A stretch of 64,000 bases of DNA from an uncultured Ignavibacteriales bacterium (GCA_964650395.1 CAZYRH010000001.1:6-64005), one strand, 5' to 3'. Positions 26,764-37,739 are shown, numbered from the stretch's first letter. Program-made: numbers and translations. Notes: generated by a model not told the origin, from the sequence alone.

Positions 26764-29700
26764 AACGACTCGACGTACTGGGATTTAAGTCTTTTGCTAA
26801 CAAAACTACCATTTATTTTTCAAACGGCATCACATCTATTGTCGGACCGAACGGGTGCGGCAAGACAAATACTCTCGATGCCCTGCGCTGGGTGCTGGGT
26901 GAGCAGAAAGTTTCTCTGTTGCGCAGCAGTAAAATGGAAGAGGTTATTTTTAACGGTACCCGCGATCTCAAACCGCTAAACATGGCTGAAGTGACCATCA
27001 CCCTGGTCAATGACCGCGGGCTGCTGCCCACGGAATACAACGAAGTGCAAGTTACGCGCCGCTTGTTCCGCAGCGGGGAGTCAGAATATCTGCTCAACAA
27101 AGTGCCATGCCGGTTGAAAGATATTACGGAACTCTTTTTGGACACCGGCGTGGGCTCCCATTCATATTCGGTCATTCAGCAGGAAATGATTGAAGCCATC
27201 GTCTCCGACAAGGCTGAGGAAAGGCGGTTTCTGTTCGAAGAAGCGGCTGGAATCACTAAATACAAACAGCGCAAAAAAGCAGCCCTGCGAAAGCTTGAAG
27301 CCACTGAGAACGACTTGTTGCGCCTCAATGATATTCACGCTGAAGTGAAAACACAAGTCAACTCGCTTAAGCGTCAACACCGCAAGGCTGAACGGTATCA
27401 GACTATCGTTGATGACATCAAGAAGTGGGAGGTGTATTTAAGCACACTCAGAATGCAAGCTATTGAATCGGAAAGCGGGGAGATGAAAACTGAGCTTGCT
27501 GCGCTATCAGATCAGAGGTTGGACAAAGAAGCGAAGCTCAACAGCATTTCTGCCCAATTGGAGCAGGACCGCAAGAAGCAAGTTGATCTGGAGCATGAAC
27601 TGAGTGGGGTGGGAGGTGAAGCTTATGAGATTTCCGAGAAGGCTCATTCATATGAGAAGGAAATCTCTATCTTGACTGAAAAACGGGCCAACGCCAGAGC
27701 GCTTATCGAGCGCAATCAAAATGATATTCAAGCCTTACAGGCTAGAGAGAATATCCTCAAAGATCAGGCGACCGCATCAGAGGCCGAGTTGAATCAAGAC
27801 CGAGCTGAAGTCGATTCTCTTATGTCCAAACTCCATGAGTCAGAAGAGGCTCAGGCGGAAGCTGACCAGAGGCTTTTGGAAGTCCGGGCGGCCAAGGAAC
27901 AAGGAAACAAGAAGCTTATCGACTTTGAGGGGAAGCTGTCCTCGGGACGAGCTGAGGAGGCCGGTCTGCTTGAGCAGCAGCAGGAGCTTAGCCGACTTCT
28001 CACAGAGCTGGACAATAGTCTTGCTGAACATGCCGCCTTGAAAGAAAGCTTGAATGAGCAAGCAGTGGTTCACCAGCAAACCTTGAATGAAACCAGCGCC
28101 AAGAAGTCTGATGCTGAGAAGTCGCAGGTTGCGCTGACGGAACGTATCGAACAGTTGCTCGAAAAGAACGAGGAACTATCCCTTGAGATTTCAAACCTCT
28201 CCGCGTCAATTGAGGCTTGTGAGGCTCGACGGAACCTGCTGGAGGAAATGATCTTCCAGTATGAGGGTTACGAGTCCGGTGTTGTCGCGGCTATGGAAGT
28301 GAGAAACCGTTTTGAGGGTATTGTGGGAACTGTTGCTGAAAAGTTTGTGCCCGTGGAAGGCCTCGAAACAGCAGTAGAGGCTGCTTTGGGCGAAATGGCT
28401 GGTTTCATCATCTGCAACAGCCGCCAAACCGCTGAACGAATTATCGATTATCTAAAAGCCGAAAACAAGGGCAAGCTGGGTATTCTTGTACCCGACAGCG
28501 GTACTCTTAACCCGGTGGTAAAGCGCCCGGAGCTAAACATGACAGAGTTTGTCGGATGGATGGATGGTTTTATCTCCACTGATGATGAGCTGCGTCCTCT
28601 CATGGAGGCAGTTATCTCACGGACGGCAGTTTTCAAAAAGGGAAGTGATCCAACTGAGATTCTCACTCTGCTCCCGTACGGATTCAAAGCTGTTTCCACC
28701 GACGGGGTTGTTTACAGTAAGAATATTATCGCTGGCGGTTCACAGGACAAGTTCCCCCTCTTCCGACGAAAAGAAAAGGTGTCCCAGCAGCAGCAGATGA
28801 TTGAAGAGTTGAATGAGAAACTGAAGGCTGTTCACCAAGAGAGGAATAGAATCACAACCGACATTGCTGCTGCCCGCGCAGAATCTTTACAACTGACCCA
28901 GGCACTTGACGACTTGGCTGAAGACCTTGAGTCGATCAAGGAGAAACACAGCGAAACAGACTACCAAATTCGGACGGCTGAGAGAGAAATCGACCGCTTA
29001 CAAAAGGAACGCGGACATTGCCAGGCCAAACTTGACAATATTCAATCTCGCCAGAACACCCTGGGGCTGGACTTTGAACAGCTCTCCGATCGAAAAGAGG
29101 ATCTGGACGGTGACATTTCGCGGACGGATCAGCAGTTGAGCCGTTTTGAAGAAGCCGCAAGTGCCGCTCTGGAGAGCTTCTCACAACTGCAGGTGGCGGT
29201 GGTAGAGGCCAAAAGCAGAGTAGATAAAGAAGAGAGCGAGCTGTCTTACATCGGTGAACTGCGCCAGGAGATTGCCAACGGCGCGGCAACCAAAAACCTC
29301 CAGATTAGCAATGCCGAACAGGAGATCGAAACTTCCACCCAGCGAATTTCTGACCTTGAAGGTGAATTAAAGCTTTCATTTGAGCAACGAGCCGAGGTTG
29401 TCGCTCATCAAAACAGTTTAAGAACTACTCAGTCCGAACTGCTTCAACGTGTTTCGACAAGAGAAGAACAACTGAAAGAAATCAGGAATGGGAGAGATTC
29501 GTTAAGTGACCGGATACATCAGCTTGAAATTCGTCTCAATACGCTGGAGTTGGAAATCAAGGCCATTAGCGACCGGATCCGTGATGACTACGAGCTTGAC
29601 ATAAGTGCAGTCGAGGTCATAAAGCCCGATGCAAGTCTTTCAGAACAAGAAGCTCACGAGCATATACAGAAACAGAAGGAACTTCTGAAAAAATTCGGTG

Positions 29701-30476
29701 CGGTCAACCTACTTGCTCTTGAAGAATACCAGACTACCAGCGAACGTGAGAAGTTCTTGAGGGAACAATTGAAGGATTTGAGCAATGCGAAGGCCGATCT
29801 TCAAGCGACTATCACGAAAATAAACCAAACGGCAAGGACTTTATTCACTGAAACCCTTGAGAAAGTACGGGGCAATTTCAAAAAACTCTTTGTGGAGTTG
29901 TTTGCCGGTGGCGAAGTCGACATCTTTTTAGAAGACCCTTCCGATTCACTGGAATCCAACATTGAAATTATCGCTCGCCCCGGCCGCAAGAAACTGCTTT
30001 CGATAAACCAGATGTCCGGTGGCGAACGGGCTTTAACGGCCATTTCGTTGCTTTTCTCTCTCTACCTGGTCAAACCTTCACCGTTTTGCATCCTCGATGA
30101 AATCGACTCTCCGCTGGATGACGCCAATTGCCGCCGTTTTCTTAAGATCATCGACACTTTCTCTGAGCGAACGCAGTTTGTTATTATTACCCACAATAAA
30201 ATCACAATGGAGGCCGCCCATAACCTTTACGGCGTAACCATGGAACAACCCGGTGTTTCCAAACTGGTTGCCGTCAAATTTACCGATGTCCACGAAGATG
30301 AAGCGACCGGGACCGTAACGATAGATGTGGAGTCTGGAGAGGCACTACAGATGTCGGGACCCGTGTCTGACCAGGTAGGAGACGATATAGGCGGACTTCC
30401 CGAAACAGTAGTGGAACGGCTGCAGCCTGCGATACCCACCGGCGGTGAAAGTAATAAACCGCCCGACCAGACCTAA
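26754..30476 (+). CDS. smc: Chromosome segregation protein SMC
   Basis: GTG start, Walker A GPNGCGKTN, long coiled coils, a hinge, the signature MSGGERALTAISLLFSLY and Walker B ILDEIDSPLDD. Confidence 0.95.
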   Translation: MYLKRLDVLGFKSFANKTTIYFSNGITSIVGPNGCGKTNTLDALRWVLGEQKVSLLRSSKMEEVIFNGTRDLKPLNMAEVTITLVNDRGLLPTEYNEVQVTRRLFRSGESEYLLNKVPCRLKDITELFLDTGVGSHSYSVIQQEMIEAIVSDKAEERRFLFEEAAGITKYKQRKKAALRKLEATENDLLRLNDIHAEVKTQVNSLKRQHRKAERYQTIVDDIKKWEVYLSTLRMQAIESESGEMKTELAALSDQRLDKEAKLNSISAQLEQDRKKQVDLEHELSGVGGEAYEISEKAHSYEKEISILTEKRANARALIERNQNDIQALQARENILKDQATASEAELNQDRAEVDSLMSKLHESEEAQAEADQRLLEVRAAKEQGNKKLIDFEGKLSSGRAEEAGLLEQQQELSRLLTELDNSLAEHAALKESLNEQAVVHQQTLNETSAKKSDAEKSQVALTERIEQLLEKNEELSLEISNLSASIEACEARRNLLEEMIFQYEGYESGVVAAMEVRNRFEGIVGTVAEKFVPVEGLETAVEAALGEMAGFIICNSRQTAERIIDYLKAENKGKLGILVPDSGTLNPVVKRPELNMTEFVGWMDGFISTDDELRPLMEAVISRTAVFKKGSDPTEILTLLPYGFKAVSTDGVVYSKNIIAGGSQDKFPLFRRKEKVSQQQQMIEELNEKLKAVHQERNRITTDIAAARAESLQLTQALDDLAEDLESIKEKHSETDYQIRTAEREIDRLQKERGHCQAKLDNIQSRQNTLGLDFEQLSDRKEDLDGDISRTDQQLSRFEEAASAALESFSQLQVAVVEAKSRVDKEESELSYIGELRQEIANGAATKNLQISNAEQEIETSTQRISDLEGELKLSFEQRAEVVAHQNSLRTTQSELLQRVSTREEQLKEIRNGRDSLSDRIHQLEIRLNTLELEIKAISDRIRDDYELDISAVEVIKPDASLSEQEAHEHIQKQKELLKKFGAVNLLALEEYQTTSEREKFLREQLKDLSNAKADLQATITKINQTARTLFTETLEKVRGNFKKLFVELFAGGEVDIFLEDPSDSLESNIEIIARPGRKKLLSINQMSGGERALTAISLLFSLYLVKPSPFCILDEIDSPLDDANCRRFLKIIDTFSERTQFVIITHNKITMEAAHNLYGVTMEQPGVSKLVAVKFTDVHEDEATGTVTIDVESGEALQMSGPVSDQVGDDIGGLPETVVERLQPAIPTGGESNKPPDQT

Positions 30477-30490
30477 GTGTACAAACGGTA

Positions 30491-31405
30491 ATGTTCAATC
30501 CCTTTGAAAAGCTGAAAGAATCGCTGGCTAAAACCAAGCAAACTATTGCCGGCAAAATCACGCGCGTGGTTCGACACCGCAAGATCGATGATGAGCTTCT
30601 GGATGAAATTGAACAGATCCTTATTGAGGCTGACGTTGGTGTCAAGGCGACTACCAGGTTGATTGAAAGCATAAAGGAGCAGGCAAAAGAGAGAAGGCTG
30701 ACCGAGGGGGAAGAGATTATAACGCTTCTAAAAGAAGAAATCGCTGCCATACTTTCACGAGAAAAGCTGCCGGTTGTCACAGGGAACGATAAGAAGCCGG
30801 CGGTATGGCTTATTATCGGCGTTAACGGCGGCGGCAAGACGACTACTATCGGCAAGCTGGCTACAAGGTTCTCATCCGAAGGCAAGAAGGTTATCATTGC
30901 GGCCTGTGACACCTTTCGAGCTGCCGCTATCGATCAGATTACCATCTGGGCCGAACGAAGCAAAGTTGACATCGTAAAGGCCAAAGAAGGCTCGGACCCG
31001 GCGGCGGTTGCCTTTGACGCCGCCAAGGCGGCCGCAGCCCGCTCAGCCAACATCCTGCTGGTCGATACGGCGGGTCGTCTCCACACCAGGGTGAACCTGA
31101 TGGAAGAGCTGAAAAAGATCAAGCGCGTTATAGCCAAAGCTTTGCCCGAGGCACCCATTTACAGCAAGCTCATTGTTGACGGATCCACCGGGCAGAACGC
31201 CATCTCGCAGGTTCAGGTATTCACTGAGGCGGTTGACTGTGACGGCATCATCGTCACCAAACTCGACGGCACCGCCAAGGGGGGAGTCATTATTGGGGTG
31301 ACTGAAGAACTGGGAGTACCGGTTGATTTCATTGGGTTGGGAGAAGGGATCGAGGACCTCCAGCCTTTCGATCCGAACCAGTTTGTCGAGGCGTTGTTTG
31401 CATGA
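30491..31405 (+). CDS. ftsY: Signal recognition particle receptor FtsY
   Basis: GVNGGGKTTTIGKLA, DTAGRLH, TKLDGTAKGG. Confidence 0.95.
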   Translation: MFNPFEKLKESLAKTKQTIAGKITRVVRHRKIDDELLDEIEQILIEADVGVKATTRLIESIKEQAKERRLTEGEEIITLLKEEIAAILSREKLPVVTGNDKKPAVWLIIGVNGGGKTTTIGKLATRFSSEGKKVIIAACDTFRAAAIDQITIWAERSKVDIVKAKEGSDPAAVAFDAAKAAAARSANILLVDTAGRLHTRVNLMEELKKIKRVIAKALPEAPIYSKLIVDGSTGQNAISQVQVFTEAVDCDGIIVTKLDGTAKGGVIIGVTEELGVPVDFIGLGEGIEDLQPFDPNQFVEALFA

Positions 31406-31803
31406 TGTACGAGTTTACCGTTGAATCCAAAGTCCGCGAGGAGATGATTAACGTCACCACGTTAGTACAGCAGGCAGTATCCGAAAGCGGACTTGATTTG
31501 GGGTTGGCATTCTGCTTTGTCCCTCATACCACTGCCGCCATTACCATCAATGAAGATGCCGACCCGGATGTGAAGCGGGATCTGCTGTACAAGCTCCACA
31601 AGGAAATTCCTCAGGCTGACGGGTATCACCATGCGGAAGGCAACTCCGATGCTCATATTAAGTCTTCTCTAATCGGCTGTAGTGAACTGGTTCCCTTTGA
31701 AAAGAAACAGCTCGTGCTGGGTCGCTGGCAGGGGATCTACTTTTGCGAATTTGATGGCCCTCGCCGCCGTCGGCTGATAGTCAGGGTCGGCTCGTTTGCT
31801 TAG
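31402..31803 (+). CDS. yjbQ: YjbQ/UPF0047 family protein (secondary thiamine-phosphate synthase)
   Basis: HTTAAITINEDADPDVKRDL and GNSDAHIKSSLIG. Confidence 0.85.
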   Translation: MMYEFTVESKVREEMINVTTLVQQAVSESGLDLGLAFCFVPHTTAAITINEDADPDVKRDLLYKLHKEIPQADGYHHAEGNSDAHIKSSLIGCSELVPFEKKQLVLGRWQGIYFCEFDGPRRRRLIVRVGSFA

Positions 31804-32266
31804 AATTCGAATAATTGCTATCGGGAAACACAAGGACCGCTGGGTCGAAGAAGGCTGCGCCCATTTTGAAAAGATGCTTTCCCGCTTTGCCAAAATCGAG
31901 TGGAAGATTCTGCCTTCGCCAAAAGAATCGCCCTCACTGACACCTGCTGAGATCAAAAAACGTGAAGCCAGGCTGTTAGAGAAGGAATGTCAAAAAGGAT
32001 TGTGTATTGCTCTGACCGACAAGGGTAAGCAAAGAGATACACCTGCTTTTGCCAAAATGCTTGAGACGCTTCAAATCAAAAGTGGAGGGGTGGTGAGCTT
32101 TATTATTGGCGGAGCGTACGGACTTGATGATTCTGTCCTCAACAAAGCTGACCACGTTCTGTCTTTATCTTCTCTGACTTTTTCCCACCAACTTGTCAGG
32201 CTGATTTTGCTGGAACAGCTCTACCGCGCTTTTTCTATTCTTCATGGCACTGACTATCACAAGTAA
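31796..32266 (+). CDS. rlmH: 23S rRNA (pseudouridine1915-N3)-methyltransferase
   Basis: SPOUT fold, with IIGGAYGL and LSLSSLTFSHQLVRLILLEQLYRA. Confidence 0.9.
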   Translation: MLRIRIIAIGKHKDRWVEEGCAHFEKMLSRFAKIEWKILPSPKESPSLTPAEIKKREARLLEKECQKGLCIALTDKGKQRDTPAFAKMLETLQIKSGGVVSFIIGGAYGLDDSVLNKADHVLSLSSLTFSHQLVRLILLEQLYRAFSILHGTDYHK

Positions 32267-32291
32267 CGCTGTCGTTGTCTTGCCCTCCTTG

Positions 32292-32347
32292 TTCGTGAGC
32301 GGCTCGCCAAAGGCGAGTCCACATCTGCCCCATTCGGGTTGGCGCAC
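32292..32347 (+). repeat. 56-nt structured repeat (copy 2)
   Basis: It differs from 2227-2282 at 6 of 56 positions. It has nested stems, including a perfect inner one (CTCGCC/GGCGAG). It begins 26 nt after the rlmH stop. Confidence 0.8.
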
Positions 32348-32517
32348 GATCAGACCCTTGTGGTCCAGACAGATGTCATCTGCTTTATTTGTCAGGAGCA
32401 CAAGGCTCCTGACCTATTTCTACTTCAGAGTCAGGAGTACTGTTTGTTTGTCACATAAAAAAGCGCCCAACTGGTTAATCCACAGCGGGCGCTTTCGCGG
32501 GAGGATAAGAGGGAGGA

Positions 32518-35500
32518 TTATTTTAAAAGAATCATCTTTCTGGTTTCAGTGAAGTCAGCCGCTTCGAGACGGTAGAAATACACGCCGGAAGCAGCTTGCA
32601 CTCCGTCTTCGGTTCTCCCGTTCCATTCGAGGGTGATGGTTCCAGCCTCGCTTGAACCGCGGTACTCACGTACCAAACCGCCGGAAATATTGTAAATGTT
32701 CAGCGTCCACCCGGTCGATTGAGGCAGAGAGAAACTGATAGTTGTAGTCGGATTGAAGGGATTAGGATAATTTTGACTCAACACAAAGCCGGTAGGTATC
32801 TGAGAAACTTTGCCGGAGACCATGTATGGCCGACCTTGATAATCGACAATTTCAGCATGGGTCAGGTTCAATTGGCCGTTACCTCGGTAGGGAATCTCCA
32901 CCAGTCTGTTAGTACCGGCGGGAATCCTGTTTGTTCCTATGTTATAGATAAGCACCTTCAATTGACCTTCTTCTATGCCGTACATCAAATCCATTTCTTC
33001 CGCACCGGGGGCAAGTCGTGGTTCGTCAATAGCAAGGTTGTCATTGATGTCGTATACGAAAAGAGCAGCTCCGATGTCACTTACCGCATGAGAAGTGATT
33101 GAGATAACATCGCTATCATAGTCTGTTGATAGAGAAAGCTCTTCGTCATACGGGGTTAGTTTGGGTATTGGGTCGGCATCTCCGATAATGACCCTGATCA
33201 AATATACCATGTCGGCCACGCTCAAGGTCAGGCCGTCAGCGTTAATATCGGTGGCTGCAATTTGTCCGGCCAGATTAACCCTGAAAACGCTCAGGCCGTA
33301 AATGAAGTAGTTAGTGAACAGCACGGCATCGGCAATTTCGTAAGGAATGCCATTCAGGTTCACGTCCCCGCGCAAATCGAGAGACTCAGGCGGAGTAACA
33401 CAAATACCGCCATTGATGAATTCGATACAGCGGATTGGCTTCGGTTTGCCTACGCCGCCGCCCTCAACACATATATCGGGTGCTCCGAGGCCGTAAGAAC
33501 GTAAAGACTCAGGGAAATTAACGTCATCCTGCTCATCCCAGATTACTGTCCCTTCCATGTTGAAGATTCGAAGGTCTACGTATAGATCGTCGCCTGTTAC
33601 GTTTGAGAAGGTATTGTCCCCGCAGTCGTACCAAATAAAGCTTATCGGGAGGAACCAGCCCCCGAGGTTCTGGTCATTGGATACATAGAACTGCATCTCG
33701 ATAAAAAGACCGTCCGGCGACAGGGATGAATCGGGGGGATGGTGGGCGCCATTGTTTATGTCGGCAATTCCGATAAATCGGACCAGTCCGATCAAGGCTG
33801 AGTCACGGTAGGTGAAGTACTCCCAGCTTTCTATATCCGTACAGCTATCAGTAGCTCCAAGGAACGTCAAGCCGGGGACATCGTATTTTAGCAAAATGTC
33901 AAAGCCGCCAATAGTATTATCAGTCTCAATGAACATGTCGACTTCTTTGGTTACTCCAACCGGAACGCTCTCACCGCCGTCAATAGACAGCCTTATGCAC
34001 ACGTCGCTAATTTCTATTGTGGTGAAGCAGGTGTCCGTGCCGCAGACACCGCTGGCGGCAATCTCAATCTCGTAGATGCCTGCTGTATCCACAGGAATGC
34101 ACACCTGACCATCGTAATAGAACCCGATGGGGCTCACATCTATCTGCGAAATGGTGCCGACCACACTAACCGGGTAACAGAGAGTATCCCGCTCAATTAA
34201 ATACAGCATTGTATCAATCTGGTTCGGGCAGGTAATCTCCGGCGGCTGGGCAAGCGTCACATCCAATGTAAACACGCATGTATCGCTGCCACATAATGCT
34301 TCAGCGATCACGGTAACATTGATGGTATCACTCTGGTCAACAGGAATGCAAACCTGGCTGGTAAGCGAATCGTAATACCCAGTGGGCGGCAAAACTGTAA
34401 CCTGGGCGTTCTCAGGCATGATTGTTACCGAATCGCATATCGTAGTGGGTCCACAAATGGTGTCGTACTGGATGTCCGAGGGACAGACGATGTTCACTGT
34501 GCCACCCGGATTGACAGTCACTACCACGGTATCAGAATCTGAGGCGCCGCATTCGTCAACGGCTGCAATGATAATATCATAAGTCTCAAAGTCCTGTGGA
34601 GTGAAACAAACCTGACTATCCTCAACAACCCCAAGAGAACTGGTGACGTTAACAATGTTAGTGTCGATGTCGGTAGCGGTGAACGGTATGCAGATCTCGC
34701 TCAGATCACAAAGTGTGAACGTGGTATCATTACCTGCATCTACATCCGGTGGGCTGTTGAACCGGGCCGTAACGGTGAATGTGCAGGTGTCGGATCCACA
34801 CGGTCCGTCGGCAATCATCGTCATTGTGGAGTCACCTGCTTCCAAAAGAGGCACGCAGACCGTCGAATCGTTTATTATATAAGCCGGTGGTGAGACACGT
34901 ACCGAATCAACGTTGGATGAAACCCCGTATTGAAAACAACGGGTATCAGGCCCGCATAACAAGACAGTCGTGTCAGATGGGCAGGTGATGGACACCTCTT
35001 CGGAAATCAGGACGTCAAAAAGAACATAGCAGGTGTCCTTATTGCATTCCGAGGTAGCGATCACCTCGATATTATAAAGGCCATTGGTATTTGCGAAGAA
35101 ACAGAGGCTGTCGTTATGCCAGGTGCCGGAACTGGTTTGAACCTGGTAATTGTCGCCCATGATATCCAGCGGCCAGAAAACCTCACCGGCATTACAAAGC
35201 CAGATATCGATTGTATCAAGCGGGCAGTCAATCTGTACGAAGTCTCCCATTTCTACAATGACACATATCTCAGCCGTATCCGCCTCACCGCAGGCATCAG
35301 TCGCAATGAGAGTTATCGTGTTGGCTCCCTCTACCGGTGTGAAGCAGACGGTATCCCCGCTGAGCGTACCAGGCGACACCTCACACGAAGTCAGATTGCC
35401 ATCCGGATCGCTGCAAATAAAACCGTCGATACAAATCTCCGACAGATCACACACAAACAGAGTGTCATCATCTGGACAAGTGGCCTCCGGCGGACTGTTG

Positions 35501-37242
35501 GTCACAACCTGCACAGCAATCTGGTCTTGACCGGTTGCTTTACAGGCATCATGAGCAGTTACATTTATTAGGTAGATTATTGTCGTATCGGGCGTGAAAC
35601 ACACTTTGCTTGTTGCCGAGTTATAGTACCCTTCACCTCCATCGACATCAACATCAACATACGAGAGGTTGCCGTCAACGTCGCTGATACCCACCGGCAA
35701 GCAGATGTCGTCTGTTTCACACGCCACAATTGTCGTATCCGGTGGTAGTATCACTAGCGGATCGCTGTTACATACTACAGTGACTGTAAAATCGCAGCTA
35801 TAGGTATTGCAGGGAGTGGTAACACGAACGGTGATATGATTTGTGTTCCCACACGCCGACCAAAAACAAACATTGCCTGTGCTGTCGGTCAGAGGATCAT
35901 ACCAGGTGTTTATTCCTTCCACCTCAATGTTTTCATGAAATCCGTGAATAACAATGGGGAAGCAAAAGGTGTCAACCAGTTGACAGGTAAAGATGTAGGT
36001 ATCATCGGGACATTCAATAGAGACTCCCTGATCCGTCTCGATAACTACGATCGCCGTATCGGCTCCCACGTTGCCGTAGCTATCGACAGCAGTGACGATG
36101 ATTTCGTAATGCCCGCTATCGTAGGGGATAAAACAAACAGAGTCGTTGTTGTAGCTGCCGCGGTTCACTATGATGGTGTCGATATCTCCATCCTGGTCGA
36201 ATATTTCGACGGGCAGACAGATTTCCTGCGGGTAACACAGATAAAGCGTAGTGTCGGGCATGCCGCTCACGACCGGTGGGCTGTTGATCACGACGTGAAT
36301 GGTCGTCTGACAGGTATCCGCCTCGCTGCAGTTATCAGTAGCAATCAGAGTAATTGTGTTGGGTCCCGGCACCGGCGTGAAGCAGACGGTGTTGCTGTTG
36401 AGCGTGCCGGGTGACGACACGCACGAGACCAAGTTGTCATCTGGATCGTTGCAAACAAAACCTGCCACACAGACGTCCGAGAGGTTACTCACAAAGAGTG
36501 TGTCGTCGCCGGGACAGGCAGCCACCGGTGCACTGTTGAGTTCAACCGTGACAATCGTGGTGTCGGCGGCTGTAATGGCACAGGTATCCACTGCATTAAG
36601 GATTAGGGTATACACGCCCGGGGTATCAGCGTAAAAACAGAACTGGTTAGTAGCGCTGTGGTAGCTGCCGTACTCGGTCCAGACACTATCAATATCAAAG
36701 TCGAGGTCGTCAGCGTGGGCAGGAAAACAGAGGTTCTCCGGGTGGCACAGAAGAATGGAGAAATCTTCGGCCATATTCACATAGGGGGGTTGGTTCAAAA
36801 CAACCGTTATTCTTACCGTATCCCAATTGCAGGCTGGTGAATCAGGTGCTGGCTCGTCTCCGTTGGTGCTGCTGATCCCGTCAACAGTGTAACCAAACAT
36901 GTAGGTAGTCGAATCCACCTCGATAGGCGTGAAACAGGTCTGGCCCGAGGTGTCGGTCAGCATCTCGAACTGACCTGGCCCTTCCACTTGAGTAATAAGC
37001 AGCGAATCACCACCAGAATTCACGGCAACGACATCAAAACAGATCTGGTCAACTTCACAAAGATAAATGGTGGAATCGTAGCTAAGGACGTGAGGTGGAG
37101 GACATGATGTTGAATCACCCCCATAGTCAGTTGATGAATCCCCCGGATAGGACGCCTCTTTCCCAGAGGCTGCGAAAGTCTGCATTAAAGCAAAGAGGAT
37201 AAACCCTATTGCCCAGATATAGGTATGTCTAAAGCTTTTCAT
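32518..37242 (-). CDS. Giant T9SS-sorted surface protein: about 12 Cys-rich Ig-like repeats, a cohesin-like module, a dockerin-like module and a T9SS C-terminal domain
   Basis: The ATG at 37242 has GGGAGG upstream and opens a signal peptide (MKSFRHTYIWAIGFILFALMQTFAAS). About 12 tandem units of about 86 aa span 34009-37110. The cohesin-like block is at about 33500-34005 (GGFDILLKYDVPGLTFLGA). Dockerin-like EF-hand pairs are at about 33175-33385 (DVNLNGIPYEIADAVLF and DINADGLTLSVADMVYL). The CTD is at 32521-32795 (NYPNPFNP...GVYFYRLEA...KMILLK). Confidence 0.85.
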   Translation of the reverse strand: MKSFRHTYIWAIGFILFALMQTFAASGKEASYPGDSSTDYGGDSTSCPPPHVLSYDSTIYLCEVDQICFDVVAVNSGGDSLLITQVEGPGQFEMLTDTSGQTCFTPIEVDSTTYMFGYTVDGISSTNGDEPAPDSPACNWDTVRITVVLNQPPYVNMAEDFSILLCHPENLCFPAHADDLDFDIDSVWTEYGSYHSATNQFCFYADTPGVYTLILNAVDTCAITAADTTIVTVELNSAPVAACPGDDTLFVSNLSDVCVAGFVCNDPDDNLVSCVSSPGTLNSNTVCFTPVPGPNTITLIATDNCSEADTCQTTIHVVINSPPVVSGMPDTTLYLCYPQEICLPVEIFDQDGDIDTIIVNRGSYNNDSVCFIPYDSGHYEIIVTAVDSYGNVGADTAIVVIETDQGVSIECPDDTYIFTCQLVDTFCFPIVIHGFHENIEVEGINTWYDPLTDSTGNVCFWSACGNTNHITVRVTTPCNTYSCDFTVTVVCNSDPLVILPPDTTIVACETDDICLPVGISDVDGNLSYVDVDVDGGEGYYNSATSKVCFTPDTTIIYLINVTAHDACKATGQDQIAVQVVTNSPPEATCPDDDTLFVCDLSEICIDGFICSDPDGNLTSCEVSPGTLSGDTVCFTPVEGANTITLIATDACGEADTAEICVIVEMGDFVQIDCPLDTIDIWLCNAGEVFWPLDIMGDNYQVQTSSGTWHNDSLCFFANTNGLYNIEVIATSECNKDTCYVLFDVLISEEVSITCPSDTTVLLCGPDTRCFQYGVSSNVDSVRVSPPAYIINDSTVCVPLLEAGDSTMTMIADGPCGSDTCTFTVTARFNSPPDVDAGNDTTFTLCDLSEICIPFTATDIDTNIVNVTSSLGVVEDSQVCFTPQDFETYDIIIAAVDECGASDSDTVVVTVNPGGTVNIVCPSDIQYDTICGPTTICDSVTIMPENAQVTVLPPTGYYDSLTSQVCIPVDQSDTINVTVIAEALCGSDTCVFTLDVTLAQPPEITCPNQIDTMLYLIERDTLCYPVSVVGTISQIDVSPIGFYYDGQVCIPVDTAGIYEIEIAASGVCGTDTCFTTIEISDVCIRLSIDGGESVPVGVTKEVDMFIETDNTIGGFDILLKYDVPGLTFLGATDSCTDIESWEYFTYRDSALIGLVRFIGIADINNGAHHPPDSSLSPDGLFIEMQFYVSNDQNLGGWFLPISFIWYDCGDNTFSNVTGDDLYVDLRIFNMEGTVIWDEQDDVNFPESLRSYGLGAPDICVEGGGVGKPKPIRCIEFINGGICVTPPESLDLRGDVNLNGIPYEIADAVLFTNYFIYGLSVFRVNLAGQIAATDINADGLTLSVADMVYLIRVIIGDADPIPKLTPYDEELSLSTDYDSDVISITSHAVSDIGAALFVYDINDNLAIDEPRLAPGAEEMDLMYGIEEGQLKVLIYNIGTNRIPAGTNRLVEIPYRGNGQLNLTHAEIVDYQGRPYMVSGKVSQIPTGFVLSQNYPNPFNPTTTISFSLPQSTGWTLNIYNISGGLVREYRGSSEAGTITLEWNGRTEDGVQAASGVYFYRLEAADFTETRKMILLK

Positions 37243-37739
37243 CTTTCCTCCCAGTGAGGGATGTCGGACCTCAGGCGTGAAAACTACGCTCCAAGCCCTC
37301 ATTAAGAACCTCAGTTTTCCATACATTTATTTTGAAAGAGGCTACAGCTTCCCCCTTAGGCGCAAACTTTGCCTCCGTCAAGCCACCTTCCAACTTCGGA
37401 GATGTGATGTAATAAGCTTCTGTAGTACTTTGGTACTCTTCTTTAATCATATTAATATACTATTTCCGTTACATAAGTCAAGACTTAAACCTCTGAGAAA
37501 CCTCAGATGCAAGAATCAGGCCAACAAGCCAACTTATTGATTCGGTGGAGGTTACAGGCTAATTTGGACGAAATCTGCATATAGCTGTCTATTTTGTGAA
37601 GACAGATAATCAATTTGTGCGTTATATTATATATAGTCGCAAATCTACAGGCTGGAACGGGCCAGTGATAAGGGCAGCTTTTGAGGCTCAGTTCCGGTGG
37701 AAGGGGAGATAAGATTGAGTCGTGCCTAAGGAAAGTTGC

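Noticed and set aside
32165-32552. Two small ORFs (32165-32401 minus strand, 32244-32552 plus strand) downstream of rlmH
   Set aside because: Both are translations of the 56-nt structured repeat (EWGRCGLAFGE and SPKASPHLPHS), as at 1989-2282.
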